DNA of 64,000 nt from the human T2T-CHM13v2.0 reference genome, Homo sapiens, in NCBI RefSeq assembly GCF_009914755.1, contig NC_060933.1; one strand, 5' to 3'. Of the stretch, positions 50,030 through 63,779 are shown one piece after another. The notes under the pieces are model-generated. The model saw only the letters and a list, made by a program, of their open reading frames with translations, was not told the origin of the DNA and did no database searches. Each line of letters opens with the position of its first letter. Positions within the stretch are counted from its first letter, which is position 1. The position numbers and the translations under genes are program-made.

Positions 50030-50500
50030 CAATGCATGCTCATACAGAGTGAAAGCCTAAGCTCTTTCATCAGTGCAAGGCTTTACATGGTCCTCCTCAC
50101 TCTGCTCCAATCACACGGCCTGCTTTCTGCTCCTGGAACAGTTCCAAGTCTCTTCCTATCTTAGGGCATTTGACTCAGTTGTTTTCCACCTAGAGTGCTC
50201 TTCTCCAGCCAACATCATGTCCCATTCCCTCACTTCCATCAGATCTCTGCTCAGCAAAGCCTTCCCTAAAGCTTTCTCTATTTAAAGTGACAGTTTTACA
50301 GAACTCCTGATCCCTTACCTGTCTCATTTTTCTCCATAGCATTCATAACCATCTGACATACTAAGTATTCTTTTGTTTGCTAGCCATTTGTTTCCTCCAG
50401 CAGAATGGAAGCTACAGAAAAGCAGGGTCTTTGTTCAAGGTTTTATCTCTAGTGTCTAGAACCATGCCTGGTGCATAGTAAGTTTTGCATGTCTTCGTTC
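50030..50500 (+). mobile_element. LINE-2 (L2a) 3' fragment
   Basis: tctgctccaatcacacggcct...ttagggcatttg...tagtgtctagaaccatgcctggtgcatagta. Confidence 0.75.
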
Positions 50501-52489
50501 AATATCTGCTTATTCTCTTAATGTGTCTGGGCTTCTCTAGACTCACAGCAGCTTGTAATCAATGTTACTGTCTTGTTTCCAGGCCCTGATCTCTAGTGAA
50601 AAATCCAGTCTCTCCTCCATATTATAGATCTCAGCTTAAGAACCTCTGATCTAGTAGAAGTGGAAGGTCTGAACTGGAGTGGTATTCATAGAATTAATGA
50701 TCTATATTAAAGGAAGGGGGAGGGATAAATAACTAAAGAAAAAAATAAAGGTATGTGTTCTTTTTTCTACAGAGGATCTCATAATCGGAAATAGATTTAA
50801 ATGAAGCCCCATGCTTTTGTATTTATAATAAATTTTAGCTTAAAAGAGGGTTAATGGTCTGTGTTTAGCTTGGACACATGACTGAAATGAGATTCAAGTA
50901 CATATGGAAGATTTAGTAAGTAGTTTCCATGAACAAAGCATGTTAAGAACTTTGTAGCTTTATGGGTTCTAAATAAGTTTAGGCTAATGATACAGTTCAT
51001 ATTTATTCTTTGATAAGAGAGCCTTCAAATTTTATCTTGATATTATGAATTTAATATATATATATTAAATTTTATCTAGATTGCATGACAATACCTGGTC
51101 TGTTTCTGTTAGAATTACCCTTATCTGAACTCAAATACATAGTGAGTTGAAAGCACCAGGCCCCAGCTTCTGTTCCAGCTGATTTTATGTGAATTGTTCT
51201 TTTTGTTTGTTTGTTTGGGTTTTTTTGATAAAAATATTAAATAGGCTACATTCCTGGTCAAATGGGTCATCCCTAGCCCTTGGGTAGTCATATTGTCAAA
51301 CATGAATGAACAAGGTTTTGAAGAGATCTGATACATGGATGGAGGAGAGAGAAGACGAGAAGATGACCTTTAAATCTATTTATTAGAAAAAAAATACTTG
51401 TTGAGCATCTTCAACATACCAGCAACTGCTGTAGGCACTAAGAATATAAAGATAATTATGGCATGCTTCCTGGCCTTGTGGGAGTCCTTGTCTAGGTTTT
51501 GAGCCTGTGTGATTGGTGCTGCCAGCAGAGAAAGAGAAGAAAGCAAAGGGCATCGGGCGGAGAAAAGACTAGAGGTTAAGACTTAGGCTTGCTGAATTTG
51601 AGATGAGAACAATACATCTAAATGGTCTTACTGTGCTTTTGAATGAATGGAAAAATCTATGTTCTGTAGGGAAAAAGCAATGAATAATAATGGTAGACCA
51701 GCATAAGACGAATATGAAGTCTGTTTTCTATTGGGAAGTATACATTTGATATTTCAGAATGGGAGAAGTTTTTCTTTCTTTTTCTTTCCTTTTTTTTTTT
51801 TTAAGTTAGGACTTCTTGCCAAGTTTCTGCTTAGGAATTCTGAACTGAACTTCAAATGTTTAGGGGCTTCTGTTTTAAACACATTTGGAGTTGTGGCTTC
51901 TTCTTCAAGGAAGAGAACCCCTTGGAGTACATCAAAGAGCTGAGAAAAAAGACACAGTATGTTGACAATTTGTGTGAGGGCATCAAAACCATAAAAACTG
52001 TCTCTGTAGTATACACACATTTCAACATTAGGGGGAAAGGTTTCCGGTGAGACTCCTGGTACTGAATCAAACCCCAAATACTTGGGAAGTAATTTAACAC
52101 ATTCACTGTACCTAAAATATGACCTGGCTCACCCAGCCATTTCAAACCAAGGTCTAGAAGATGTTCTCTCTTGTGAGTGACCTTTAAATAAATTGTGAGG
52201 CTTCTCATTGCTATGCCCAGGTGAGAACAGTCAGGGAATAGAAGCAGGGAGAGGAATCTTCCCAGAACATCAGAAGCCATTTGACGCAGGTCCTTGGTGA
52301 AAACTGCTTAAAAATTCAATTTGCATCACAGTGGCCTAGATCTTATGATGAAAGATTGCCTGTGTTGATTCAAGACCCATTCACTCCTTAATCCTATTGA
52401 GGACCTAGTAAAAGAGGGTATGGAGTAAAATCCACACCTTCAAGGAACAATCCCACTATTAAATTCTTGGCAGAGGAGCGTGGGAGTTA

Positions 52490-53245
52490 CATTCACACAG
52501 ACCTTGTCTGGAGTCACAGCTTCATAGCTTATGAGCTAGGTAACCTCAGGCAGGGTTTTAAGCCTGAGGTTTTCTTTAAGCCTTTGTTTTCTCATTTAAA
52601 AAATGGAAACAACACTACCAACCTTACCAGGTTGTCACTTGAATCAATGAATATTGGATATAAAATACCCAGCAGATTCCCTGAGGCTTACAAAGAGCTT
52701 GAAAAATGGTTTTTGTTCCCTCGTTCCACCCTTTTTCATTCTCCTTGGGGGGATAAAATAAGCTGAGGCCTAGTTGAGGTTAAAGTGAAGAGTTCAAGTT
52801 AAGAAACTGAGGAGGTAATAATTTTTATGCCAGTTCCAATTCTGCCACCCCTTGCTATGTGACCTGAGGCAAGTCTCTTAACCTCTGTCACCTCCATTTT
52901 CTCACTAACAAATTGAAGGTGAAGATTGAAGTTTAAAAATACTCATAAATTGGAATAAAAGGGCGAGTTTAACTCTTAGGCAGAAAAAAAAAAACAGATC
53001 TGCAGGAGGCTCAAGAGGGTTGGCTTTGGAATTGGACTTTCAAAGTTTCAACAACGACTCTGAAACTTGCTTGCTGTATGACTTTGGCCTAGTTACCCAA
53101 GGTCATTGTATCTTGGTTTCCTCATCTGCTAAGTAGAAACAATAATAATAATAGTTTAAGCCTTATAGATGTGAGAAGGATGAGGAGAGAATGCATGGAA
53201 AGCACTGGATATGCTTGGCACATAGCAAGTACTCAATATCTGTCT
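52490..53245 (+). mobile_element. Cluster of three MIR fragments
   Basis: gctatgtgacctgaggcaagtctcttaacctctg; ttcctcatctgctaagt; gcttggcacatagcaagtactcaat. Confidence 0.7.
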
Positions 53246-53938
53246 TTGTTATCTCAGATAACCCTGCTGGAAAGCTCAAAACTTGTGACCAGAGAATAAG
53301 GATTAAATTAGCAGAGAAATCTTAGAGTGTGATTTGGAACTCTTCTGGCCTAGACACACTGAACAGGCCTTCAAAATTTCTGTTCTATAGTAGAGTACAG
53401 ACTCCTAGGTTGGCCAAGTGTTTGGGAAAAATGTTGGGACCGGCAACGACTTATTTTGTTACTGGAAATGCTCATTCCTCTGAACCTCTCTTTATAGAGT
53501 TCACTACCCCTGGAATAGATAGACCTTCAATCAGGACCCCTTGGAAGAGTGTTGGAATTGCTCTAGTATGGGGTACTTTGCCTGTAGCTTAAGGAGACTG
53601 CCTTGCATTAATCATCCAGAACTTTAGGTGTCAAAAACATAGAGGATCCCAACTTAATACTCCTGCTGAGTAATCAGAGTCTGATATACTGTGGTTCCAA
53701 TTCTGTTGTGCAAATAAACTTACACTTGATTCAAACCCAAATTAGCCTGTGAGAGTTACTAACCATGTCTTCCTGCTGCAGCCTTACTAAGGGCAGAGGG
53801 GCTATCCTCAGCATTGCTGTGAATAATAAATTTAACTCATTGCACATCTCCCATTCGCTGGTGTCTAGAAACTCCTAAAAGGGTTTCCAAGGAAGGAAAT
53901 GGCAACCAGCAGTGTAGTCAGAGAAAAGAGGGCGTGGT

Positions 53939-54201
53939 CAGGGCATGATCAGGACTTCAGAAGACTTAAGTGCTAAAAATTAGTATCTTACTCACACCAC
54001 TGTTCCTTAAATTATATATAATTAAAAACAAAATCAAACTATAAAAGAAATATATCCATGTCCAGTGAAGCTCTGATAGTTCTGATTTTTCCATGTGATT
54101 TTAAAATGTGTCAATGAATACTCTTTTTTAATTAAAAAAAAAAATCCCTGCTTTTCTGGTTCTCAGAGAACATGTTAGTCTGCCATGGGTAATCTAGCCC
54201 T
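53939..54201. mobile_element. Possible hAT-Tip100-type MITE
   Basis: Ends cagggc...gat and atgggtaatctagccctg resemble CAGGGC-type TIRs; family not identified. Confidence 0.35.
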
Positions 54202-54469
54202 GGTCACGATCTTGGGATCACCATCTAGAGAGCATATCTGAGAAATCTGGGAAGTGGTTTCCTTCTGATAAAAGAATGTAATTAAAGAAATGGATGGATC
54301 ATTTGTTAAGTGTTTTATTTTCCCAAAGGAAGGGCAGAGATGATGTGACACAGGAGTGATGTCCTATAAAGGCAAGTCCTTAGCAGTAATAGTGCATCCA
54401 AGACTTTGAAGTGAGTTCCCATGACTTACTTCAGAAGTCTGGACTCGGAAATTAGCCTCTTGAATGGTT

Positions 54470-55075
54470 TCTTTTATTCTGGTCTTGCTTATTTCCAATA
54501 GACTCTCTATATTGTTGCCAGAGTGATCTCTTTGAAAAAAATGTGACCATGAAAGTCTTCTGCTTATAACGCTTTATGTGAAACTTCACCATTACCTATA
54601 GAATAAAGACAAACTCCTTTGCACCTACTTTCCTATTGATTTTCGTCTTTCCCTATTGCCCCAAGAAACTGTAGGCTCTTGCTATACACAAATACTCTTC
54701 CCAGCCTCTGCATTTCTTCCACTGCTGTTCCTTCTGCCTTACTTTCATCCGCTTTACAATTCCAGTCATTTCTTAAAACACAGCCCTGATACACCTGCCT
54801 ATGGGCAGGCTTCTCTGATTCTCCAGGCAGGATTTGTGTCTCTCTTCTTTGTGCTTCCACACATTTGTTTCATATCTCTAGGGTGGCACTTCTGCTATAA
54901 CTTTTCAGACATGATGATTTATATGTCTGCATATAAATCCTCTTTGTAACTATAATTCCAATTCCTTGAGGACAGGGACCAGGCTTTTGGTATTTTCATT
55001 GCCTTGTAAAGAGCCCAGCAACAGTGTCTAGCACAAACAAGTTGCGAAATAGTGTTTGCTGAGTAAATGCAATAA
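54470..55075 (+). mobile_element. LINE-2 fragment
   Basis: ttgccagagtgatct...tccttgaggacagggaccagg...cccagcaacagtgtctagcaca. Confidence 0.65.
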
Positions 55076-55792
55076 CTGGTCAATAAATTGGCAATCATAC
55101 AATAATACCTACCTCCACTAAGGCAAAGACCATGCAGCTGGCACTCTGAATAAATGAGTGAATGAATGACAGCCATTTAGAGCTGTTGTGAAAACGTAAA
55201 TGAAAACTATGGAAGCTTTGTGAACTATGAATGGCCGGGCCTGGGTGAGATAGTATTACTCTGATTGCAATGAGCACAGTCTCTCTGGCTCACATAGTGA
55301 TGTGGCCATGTGCAAAGGGCCATAGGAGCCAGCCTTTAGCTGCCTGACTGTCACCCCAGGTAAGGAAAAGGCAGCGTTCCATTGACTGGACGTGTAATGG
55401 GGTGAAAGTGAGCCTGCTGCTATTTCTTTCACAGCTTGTGAAGGCTGTAATGAAAAGATCTGAGAGACTTTTTCTCCCTGGTCCTGGAAGAGAGTGTCAG
55501 AAATGTCCAATTTACCACTGATTGCCACACTGGCCCAGGGATTCCACAGCAACAAGTTATTGAAACAGCTAACCAGAGTGCACATGTTGAGAGAACAACT
55601 TCACCTCTTTTATCATCCTGATTGAGTAGCAAATTAGAAATAATAACCACCATTAATTGAACAACTTCTCTATGTCATACATAGTGCCAAAATATCATTT
55701 GATCTTCACAAAATCCCACAACTGGATGTATTGTCATCATTTTAGGAAACACAAAGCTCAGTCAGTTTAAGTGGTTTCTCCAGAATTGCTCA

Positions 55793-56205
55793 GTGTATCA
55801 GCTATCACTGTATTATACTGCAGTAACAAACAACCCCAATGTCTCAGTGTCTTGGAGCAAAAAGACTTTAATTCTTGCTCTTATTATGAGTCTAGTACAG
55901 TGTCTGAGGTTGGCTGTGGCTCTGCCCCATGTATCTTTATTTTAGAAACCAGCCTGAAAAACAGTCCTAATTTGGAATTTATCATTCTCATGACAGACAG
56001 AAAAGAACAGTGATTGACCTACCAAAGGCCCTTAAAGCTCTTCTGTGTTGTGACACATGTTATGTCAACTCACAGTCCATTGGCCAAAGCAAGCCATATG
56101 ACCAAGCTTGAAGTTAAGCAGGTAGGTGTATGTGCTTCTTCCATAGAGAGGCACCTCAAGTGTTATATCAATGAACAGGAATGAATAATTGGGAAAAAAT
56201 AATTA
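55793..56205 (-). mobile_element. MaLR LTR (MLT1J-like) inside a MIR
   Basis: tgtatcagctatcactg...gtaacaaacaaccccaatgtctcagtg and ccattggccaaagcaagccatatgaccaagc. Confidence 0.7.
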
Positions 56206-57399
56206 GAGGCATTCATAAAATTACCTAATGAGTGGCAGAGCTGGGATTAAAACTGAATTTCTTCTTAACCCAGATTCCATGTTATTTCCACTGTACCAAG
56301 TGGTGTACCATGGGAATCTCTCAGGAGGTTTATTAACTTTGGTGACAGGAGCCTTGAGTAAAACTCCAAGGCTTTGATTCCTGAAAGTGCAGGAGAAGGA
56401 AGAACTGAGAACCCCATCTTGTCACTTAGCAGAACAGGATTACAAGTGTGTGTCAGGAAAGTCTTGCTCTGTAGTCTGTCAGTGTAATTGGCATGAAAAA
56501 CCTACTCTCTTTCTGCAGCCCTTATTGCTCCAGTAAATCTCCCACTGTACCTCCCATTACCCCTCACTTAAAGCACCGATTATTCCTTTATTAGAGCTCA
56601 GCCACAAGTAGGCCATGAATTTTTATGGCTTTTCCAGATCTCATAAGGCAATGGGAAGCATCTATTTAAACAGAATCACTAAACTATACCACAGGTTTAT
56701 GGCCTGATGAAGCATTTTGCTGGTTTAAAAGAAGCCTTACCCACTCGTTCTTTGAACATTTAGTTTCCTCCTTGAAGGAAAGGAAATTTCAAGTCCCTAA
56801 TTTCAACCTCCCTAGTAGTCACCCCGTGAACTGTGGCCAGGTCGCATAATCTGAATGATCCGCCTTTGAAAATCACTGCTACCTAGGAAAAAAAAAAGTA
56901 TCTCAGTCTCCTAGAGTTCTGTTAGAGTGTTTATTCTCTTTAATGAATGTGTACCTTCATTCGGCAATTTATTCACCAAACATTAATTGTATAACTACTG
57001 TATGTCACACAATGTGCTGGGCCTGACTGTGAACCCCTCAGCTTTTAATCCTATCATTGTCAGCTGCCCCTTGATAAAGAGAGAAGAAACTGTCATTTAT
57101 TGAGTGACTTCAAAGCAATTTCATGAACATTGTCTTATTTGACTGTCTATATTTTTCACCATGGTACAGAGTCATCTCACTTGAACATGCCATATCTGAA
57201 ATGTTCTTGAGTTGTGTTTGCAGCCTCAATAATATTGTTGAGCACAGTTGGATGTATGGATCTAAACACAGAACATGCTTAATGAGGAAAAAAACATGGT
57301 CCTCAAAGCAACTAAATCAATTTCTGCAAATAATCAAGGTATTTTCTATTAACAAGCTCCTTCTAAAAATATCCTAATGTTAAGTAGCTACTCCTAGCT

Positions 57400-58340
57400 T
57401 GCACATAATCAGATTCTTTCCCCCTGAGTTTTTACCCTATGAACTAGAGACATACATATACATAGTCAATTTTTCCATCTGGATTTTTGCAGATACTTTT
57501 AAATTCAACATGTCTCAAATGTCATTCACTATGTCCCACATCTACTTAGTCTTAAATTTGCTCATCTTCTCTTTCTCTCTTGGTCAATGTACAAATCAAC
57601 GTCAATGTTCACCCATTCACCAGGATTTGTTACCTGAGAGACATTCTTGACTCTTCATTCTCCTTTACCTTCCCCATCCAATCAGTCACTAAGTTTTCCC
57701 TTTTCTTCCTAGAATCATTCAAATCAGTAATGCCCACTCCATTCTCACTGCCTCAGCCTTTCTTTACTGGATCCTACAACACCTCCTCTAACTGGGATCT
57801 TTTTGTCTTCAGTCTGACCCTGTTTCAGCCCACTTTAATCAGTATTTCCATAGCGAGCTTTCTATATCCAAGTCTGATCATATCTCTTTCCTCTATAAAG
57901 GTCTCCATTGGTCCCTCAGTGTGTTCAGTGGAAAGGCCTTCACTTTCAGCACAGAATAACAAAAGGATTCATGCTAATGAATACTTATTCCCATCCCCAT
58001 TTTTATAATTATGCTTCCTATCCCTCAAAATGCACTCTATAAACCAATCATGTACATAGACTTACCTATTTCCTGAAATCATCCTTTCTAACATTCCCAC
58101 ATATGCTATTCTGTCTCCTTCTAGAAAACTTCTGCCCAATCCCAAAGACTTAGTTCAAATATACATTCCTAAGGAAAGTGCCTTGAAATCTCTTCAGGCA
58201 GGACTAAGCCCTTCCATGTTTGGACCTCCACAGGGACTTGAACTTCACTTAATTTTCTAATGTTCTCTATCAGACTGCCAGTTCAGAGGAACACAGCATC
58301 ATGTCTTACTTAGATTTTGTGTTCTTTATCTCACTGATCC
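57400..58340 (+). mobile_element. LINE-2 fragment
   Basis: ttaaattcaacatgtctcaaa, cattcttgactcttcattctcctttacc, catccaatcagtcactaagt. Confidence 0.7.
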
Positions 58341-59149
58341 TCCAACCCCATCAGACAGGTTGCTATTATCCCATTCTGGAGACACTAATCAGGTTTACCT
58401 CATATTTCAAGATTGTGCAGTTAGTAAGTGGAAGGCCTGGAGGTCCACACCAGGTGTCCCCATGGCCACACGTTGTTTGCTAATACACTTCTTTACTGTT
58501 TGCAACACTAGCAGTGGCCCATGCCATGAAAATAGGAGGGGCTTAGCAGAGGGTGTCTGGTCAGAATGGCAGTCTAGCAGATTTGCCAGCAAGCTGTATA
58601 TTCAAGTCAAGAACAGAGGTTGTATTTGGATTGTGTTATACATCATTAAAAATTGTCATGTTTTCTGAAGCTACTTTTATTTTCACATCATATAGGATTG
58701 AGAAAATCTTAGTAGTCTATATCAAAAATACATTATCATTATTATGGTCATTATTTTTTGGAAAGGGAGTTTTAAGGACTGGTTGGAAATTGTGAGGAGG
58801 AGCTTCTTTGGTGGGGGCTACTGTAAGCCTTAGTGGATTACCAGGCATAGATGAGAAACCCAGCCTAAACCTTACAAGTTTTGCTCCAGCAGAAATGCTT
58901 TCACTAGTTAAATTCTAAGGGTTCTGGTCTCAAGTTGAATGCAAATGCCTATAAGATGTGTCTGCATGGACATTTCTGCACCTAAGAAATAAAATCACTT
59001 CTGACGTTATGTATTCTGCTGTTCAGTGACCTCTGAATTAAGGCAAATACATCACAGATTCCTTCTGGAGTTTAGAACTAAAGAAGTGTTTCTCCTAAAG
59101 ATGTGCTAACCTTTCTTTTATCACGGTTTAAGAGTTATGGAATCCAATA

Positions 59150-59280
59150 CTTCCCAAGTGTGGGCTATGAATCAGAATTATCCAGGGAATGTAATAAATA
59201 TACTGATTCCTGGATTCTAGCCCTAGAAATTCTGATTGAGAGACCAGAGAGGGGATGAAGAATCTGTTCATTGTTGGCAG
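59150..59280. mobile_element. MER5-type MITE fragment
   Basis: aatcagaattatccaggg...actgattcctggattctagccctagaaattctgatt. Confidence 0.6.
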
Positions 59281-62200
59281 CTTGCTACCTAGGCTCTTCA
59301 CGGTGCACCGATTAAACTACTGTTATCACCATTAACCTCTGATACTTTTAACCTAAGGTGTGGCTGCTCCTTCTGCTGTCAGTGCTGGGCTGAGGAGGCA
59401 TCCTCCTGATCTCTGACTTGGTATAGAAGCCAATGTATGCCTCTAAACCTTGGCATTTTTTCTTCTTTGGCCTGAGGGTGCTTGGTCATGGTGAAAGGTG
59501 ATCCTTGGGGCTAAAGGAGTTCAGGTCTCCAACTCTCTATTCTCAGTGTGAGCGGCTGGGACTGCATCTGTGTCTGCAGGCATGTAAATGGGGACCCCGG
59601 TCCACAGGGAAGAGCATCATCTCAGGTGTTTATGGGTTAGCAGCGTGCTGATTGGAAAACTGAAGTTCTAAGAAGTAGACTTGCCCAAGGTCACCAAAAG
59701 CTAGTGGCAGAGTCCAAATATGAGTCCAAGTCACTAGACTCTTAGACCAGTGCTTACTTCTCTACTGCATGTGACTGCCATGGGGATTGAGAAGGTTGTC
59801 CCTGCCTCACATCCTGTAGGAAGGGACATAAAACATGGGATTAGAGGACTGCTGCATTTTAAAAATCAGCCCTTTGTCTGTCTTTGAACACATCCTCTAC
59901 TCGCGCTTCCCTTATTACAGAAATTTCCCAGGAGAGGAACAGAAGGAAAATGAGAAGGATTCATGGAAGCTCTATATCGGGGACAGCTTTTTTTTTTTCC
60001 TTTTTAAATTTCAGGTTAACATGAACCTGCTTATTTCCTCTGCATCCTTAGTGAATATCAAATGCGATTGATTTATGCTACTTTCTCTAACTGGTGTTCT
60101 AATGGGTCCACAAGAGGAAAATAAAATATTTAATAAAATAAAATCTGACAAATGAACTCTTTGAGTGAAACAAGCCAGATTAGTGAGAGTTGCAGATGCA
60201 GCATAAGGAGGAAGGAGGTTCTGAGAGCTGGAACGAGGCCGAGGTGAACGTTGTGATGGGTTTTGAGATTTTTTAGAAATTTTAAATTGAGGGGATTTGA
60301 CCATATTATACATAATCTGATGTCTCCATGTATACATTTCATCTTCACTCGCCATTCTTTTGTGGCTTCTCATTTGCTGCAGTCAGAACAGGGTTCCCTA
60401 TTATGTAAATAAGGGAATGAGACAGATGGTGCCACAAAGCAATGAATTCATTTGGGGGGAGGGCTTTAATTATGGATGGGTGGGCCCGGCTGTGTTTTGG
60501 GTTCAGCAAACGTCCCAAACGTTATGGGATTGGCAAAACCCCAGATGCAGTTTTCCAGGCACATTTTAAAATCCTGTCATATTTTCAGGGGAATTGAAGT
60601 TGGGAATTGAACTTGTTCTTTATTAAATTCCTCAAGTTGCTGGCCCTGATTTTTAGCCTTTGAAACTGTGGAGGAATTTGAGCAGTGCTTTAAGGGGTTG
60701 GTCTACAATGTTTTAAGGCTAAAATACCTCATAGGTACTATTGATGTTTTGAATAATCTTGTTTATTGAGTCTTTAAAAATTGGTGATCCAGATTAATAT
60801 GAAGAAATTAAAATTATTTACAATCCTAGAAGATGATTGCTATTAATTTGTTGTATATTAAATTTTAGTATTTTTAGTACGTGTTTTATACAATTGAAAT
60901 CACACTATACTTGCAATTTTATATTGTGTTTGGTCACTTAATATTATATCACAATCATTTCCTATATCACTGTTTATAATATTTGTGAACATACAGTACT
61001 TTATTGAATTTATGACTTTGTCACTTGAAACAATTAAAAAAATATATTTTAGTCGGCATTTCTTTCACTCAGAGTAGTATAAACTAGAGCTTTAGACAGT
61101 CTGAGTTGGTTTATATCCTTGGTTGATGAACTTTCATAGAAACAGATTAACAGAATAATCAGAACTGGCTATGGGGATTTGGGGAGGTGCTATTCAAGGT
61201 CAGTGTCAATGATAAATTGATTAAAGTCATGTGGCAAGTTCACAGTCAAAGGTAGAAGGTCAAAGAGAGACCCAAGACAGGCTGAGGACATAGTATACAC
61301 AAAGGACTTAGAGCTGTGGATATTAACACATAAAAAGCAAAATGCAAGTTAGGTGAAAACTTAAGAAAACAGAGTAGACCATTAGCTGTTGTGAATTTAG
61401 CATCCAGGGATTCAGCTATTCACAAGGGACCTTGCAAGACCAGAATATGGGTGTTTTATCATTTTGCTGCAGTAGCACTTTGAGTCTCATGGGTTTGTAA
61501 GGCTTGCATTTTGACTAAGCCACTGAATCTGTGAATGTAGCCAGCCACCACCCAGATTTTGGGTTTAGTTTTGTGGTTCCACACTTTTTGAGGAGAACTT
61601 AGTAATTCTCAATTCTCATAATGTGATAAATTGTTTCTTTGTAAAAACAAAACAAAAATAACAACTAGCTAAGGGAAGAACATCAACTGCCAGAGCTGGT
61701 GCTGAAAGGGAATAGAAAATAAGAAGCCTAAGTGATGGTCCCTTGCCAGGAAGCTGAACCCTTGGATTCATTAAGGAGTGGAATGTCACACTTGGCAGTA
61801 CTCTGGTTCTATGACACAAACGAGTCCACCAGATGCTCTCTACAGCATTAAGAAAAAGATATTTGTGATTCCACTTCAGGCAGCACTCTACTCAGTGCAA
61901 ATACTGCTCATTAAGTAAATTATTAAAGCACAACTTAAATGTTTCAGTCTTTCATGATCTCTTTTTCTGGGAGAAATTATATTAAAGTGATATTTGTAAA
62001 TGTGCTGATTCACTAAGACCTTGGATGTGCCAAGGATTCATCTTAACTAAATCTCTTTTAGTGAGAATTTTGCACTAGTCAATTTCAACTCTGACAAATT
62101 CTGAATTCCCTATAAATTCCAGACAAGTGAGGTAGAATGAGAATGACCTGTTGAGGATAGAGCAATGAATTTATTGTGCAGCATGTGATTGGCATTGACC

Positions 62201-62739
62201 AGTGATTCACATCTCAGATGGGCAAAAAGAAAGCTGTCTGCATCTGAGTGTCGAATACACCTGTGACTGATAGGGTGACAAAAAGAGGATCATTTAAAGC
62301 CAACTATGCAAATTTGTTTTGGTGTTGGTTTGGAGCTCCACAAAATGGCCTGGCCTAAAAGAAATCATACTGAAGACAATTTTAAAAGCAATAAAAATGG
62401 AACCTATTACCCAAAGAATATACCTAGGCCTGACTTGTCACAAGCAAAATTTTGGAGGAAACAAAGTTAGCTTCAAAATCTCCCTACTGAGATGAGTCCA
62501 GTAGGTCAAAGTTGAACCCCAACTCAGTTCATTACAGTTTATTCTACCTTGGTCACTTCACCTCTCTGAGCCTCAGTTTTCTCACCTGCAAATTAGGGGT
62601 AGAGTGATGGTTAGGAGCAGTACAATTGACCTTTCAAGATATATGATAAACTCATGCTTCCTATATTCCATATATTCCATCCACATACCCTCAATAACAG
62701 AGAAGAAGGTGCCTATTTCCTCTGGAAGGATCAGACAGT

Positions 62740-63220
62740 TACCTGCAAAGTGCCCTCAAGCCAGAACTTAGTTTCATTTTTTTCTGCAATTCTAACATGC
62801 TCACAAGTCCTTGCACTGTCTGGCCCCAGCAACATCTCCAGCCTGATCCACTACTTTCTCCCTTACCCTGTGAGCTTTGGTGTCACTGGCCTTCTTCCTA
62901 ATCCCTGCCCACATCAAGGCTTTGGACTCATACTGCCCCATCTGCATCTCCCACCAGCACCACCTCTCCAGCCTTTTACCTACTCAACTCCTTCTCATCC
63001 TTCAGATCTCAGCTCATGCTTCCCTTGCCTTTGTGCGAGGCTCTTTAAGAACTGTGGTATTTTCTTCAGAGCACTCATCCCAGCTTTTGCAACGAATTCC
63101 TCTGCCTCCCTCATCAGGTTCTAAATTTCCTGAGATCAGGGTCCATTTGATTCTGTCCATGATAGGAACACCAAGGCTTTGTACAAATGCTCAGTAAATA
63201 TTTGTTGAATAAATAAATGA
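62740..63220 (+). mobile_element. LINE-2 3' fragment
   Basis: ctcatccttcagatctcagctc...tgctcagtaaatatttgttgaataaataaatgaa. Confidence 0.75.
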
Positions 63221-63740
63221 AATTTTAAAAATCATGCTAATTTTAAAATTCTCTTTTGTAATATACCTCTTTTAATACCTCTTTGAAATAAAACATACTG
63301 TTCAAAATAATCTTTGAGTCAAATGGTCCCTCCAGGAAGTTGCATCATGCTTTGTCTTCATTGTTAGTGATTCAATGCTGCCAGCACCAAAGTGTATGTC
63401 TTTCCCCCAGTTTGAGAACAGGGAAAAGACACTGAAACAATGGTAGCCAAAGTTATCTTTATTATTCTTCTGCTGTCTTCTGCAGGATTAGATAGTTGCT
63501 AGCATCTATATACAAGAGTTAGATAAGAGTTATCACCTTGTCAAAGCCATGATCATCTTTAAATAACAGTCCTTCCTGAATCTGTTTCAGAAAGAGGCCA
63601 TGTCCTTAGAGTAGATTCACTTCAATAATAAGCACATAAGGATGGTTCCTGCTGAAAAGAAGTTCTTCTTCAGGTACAGCTGACAAATTGGCCACTTCCT
63701 CTTAGATTTCAACTTCATAACTTATGGTTTGGATGGCATA

Positions 63741-63779
63741 TGAGTCATTGCTGTAAAGGAATGACCTCTTTTGAGGTCA
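63741..63779. promoter_or_regulatory. AP-1 site plus perfect ER6 (everted repeat) nuclear-receptor element
   Basis: TGAGTCA at 63741-63747; TGACCT-cttttg-AGGTCA at 63762-63779 in non-repeat sequence. Confidence 0.4.

Noticed and set aside
61060-61520. Possible old LTR remnant
   Set aside because: Family and ends could not be assigned from sequence alone
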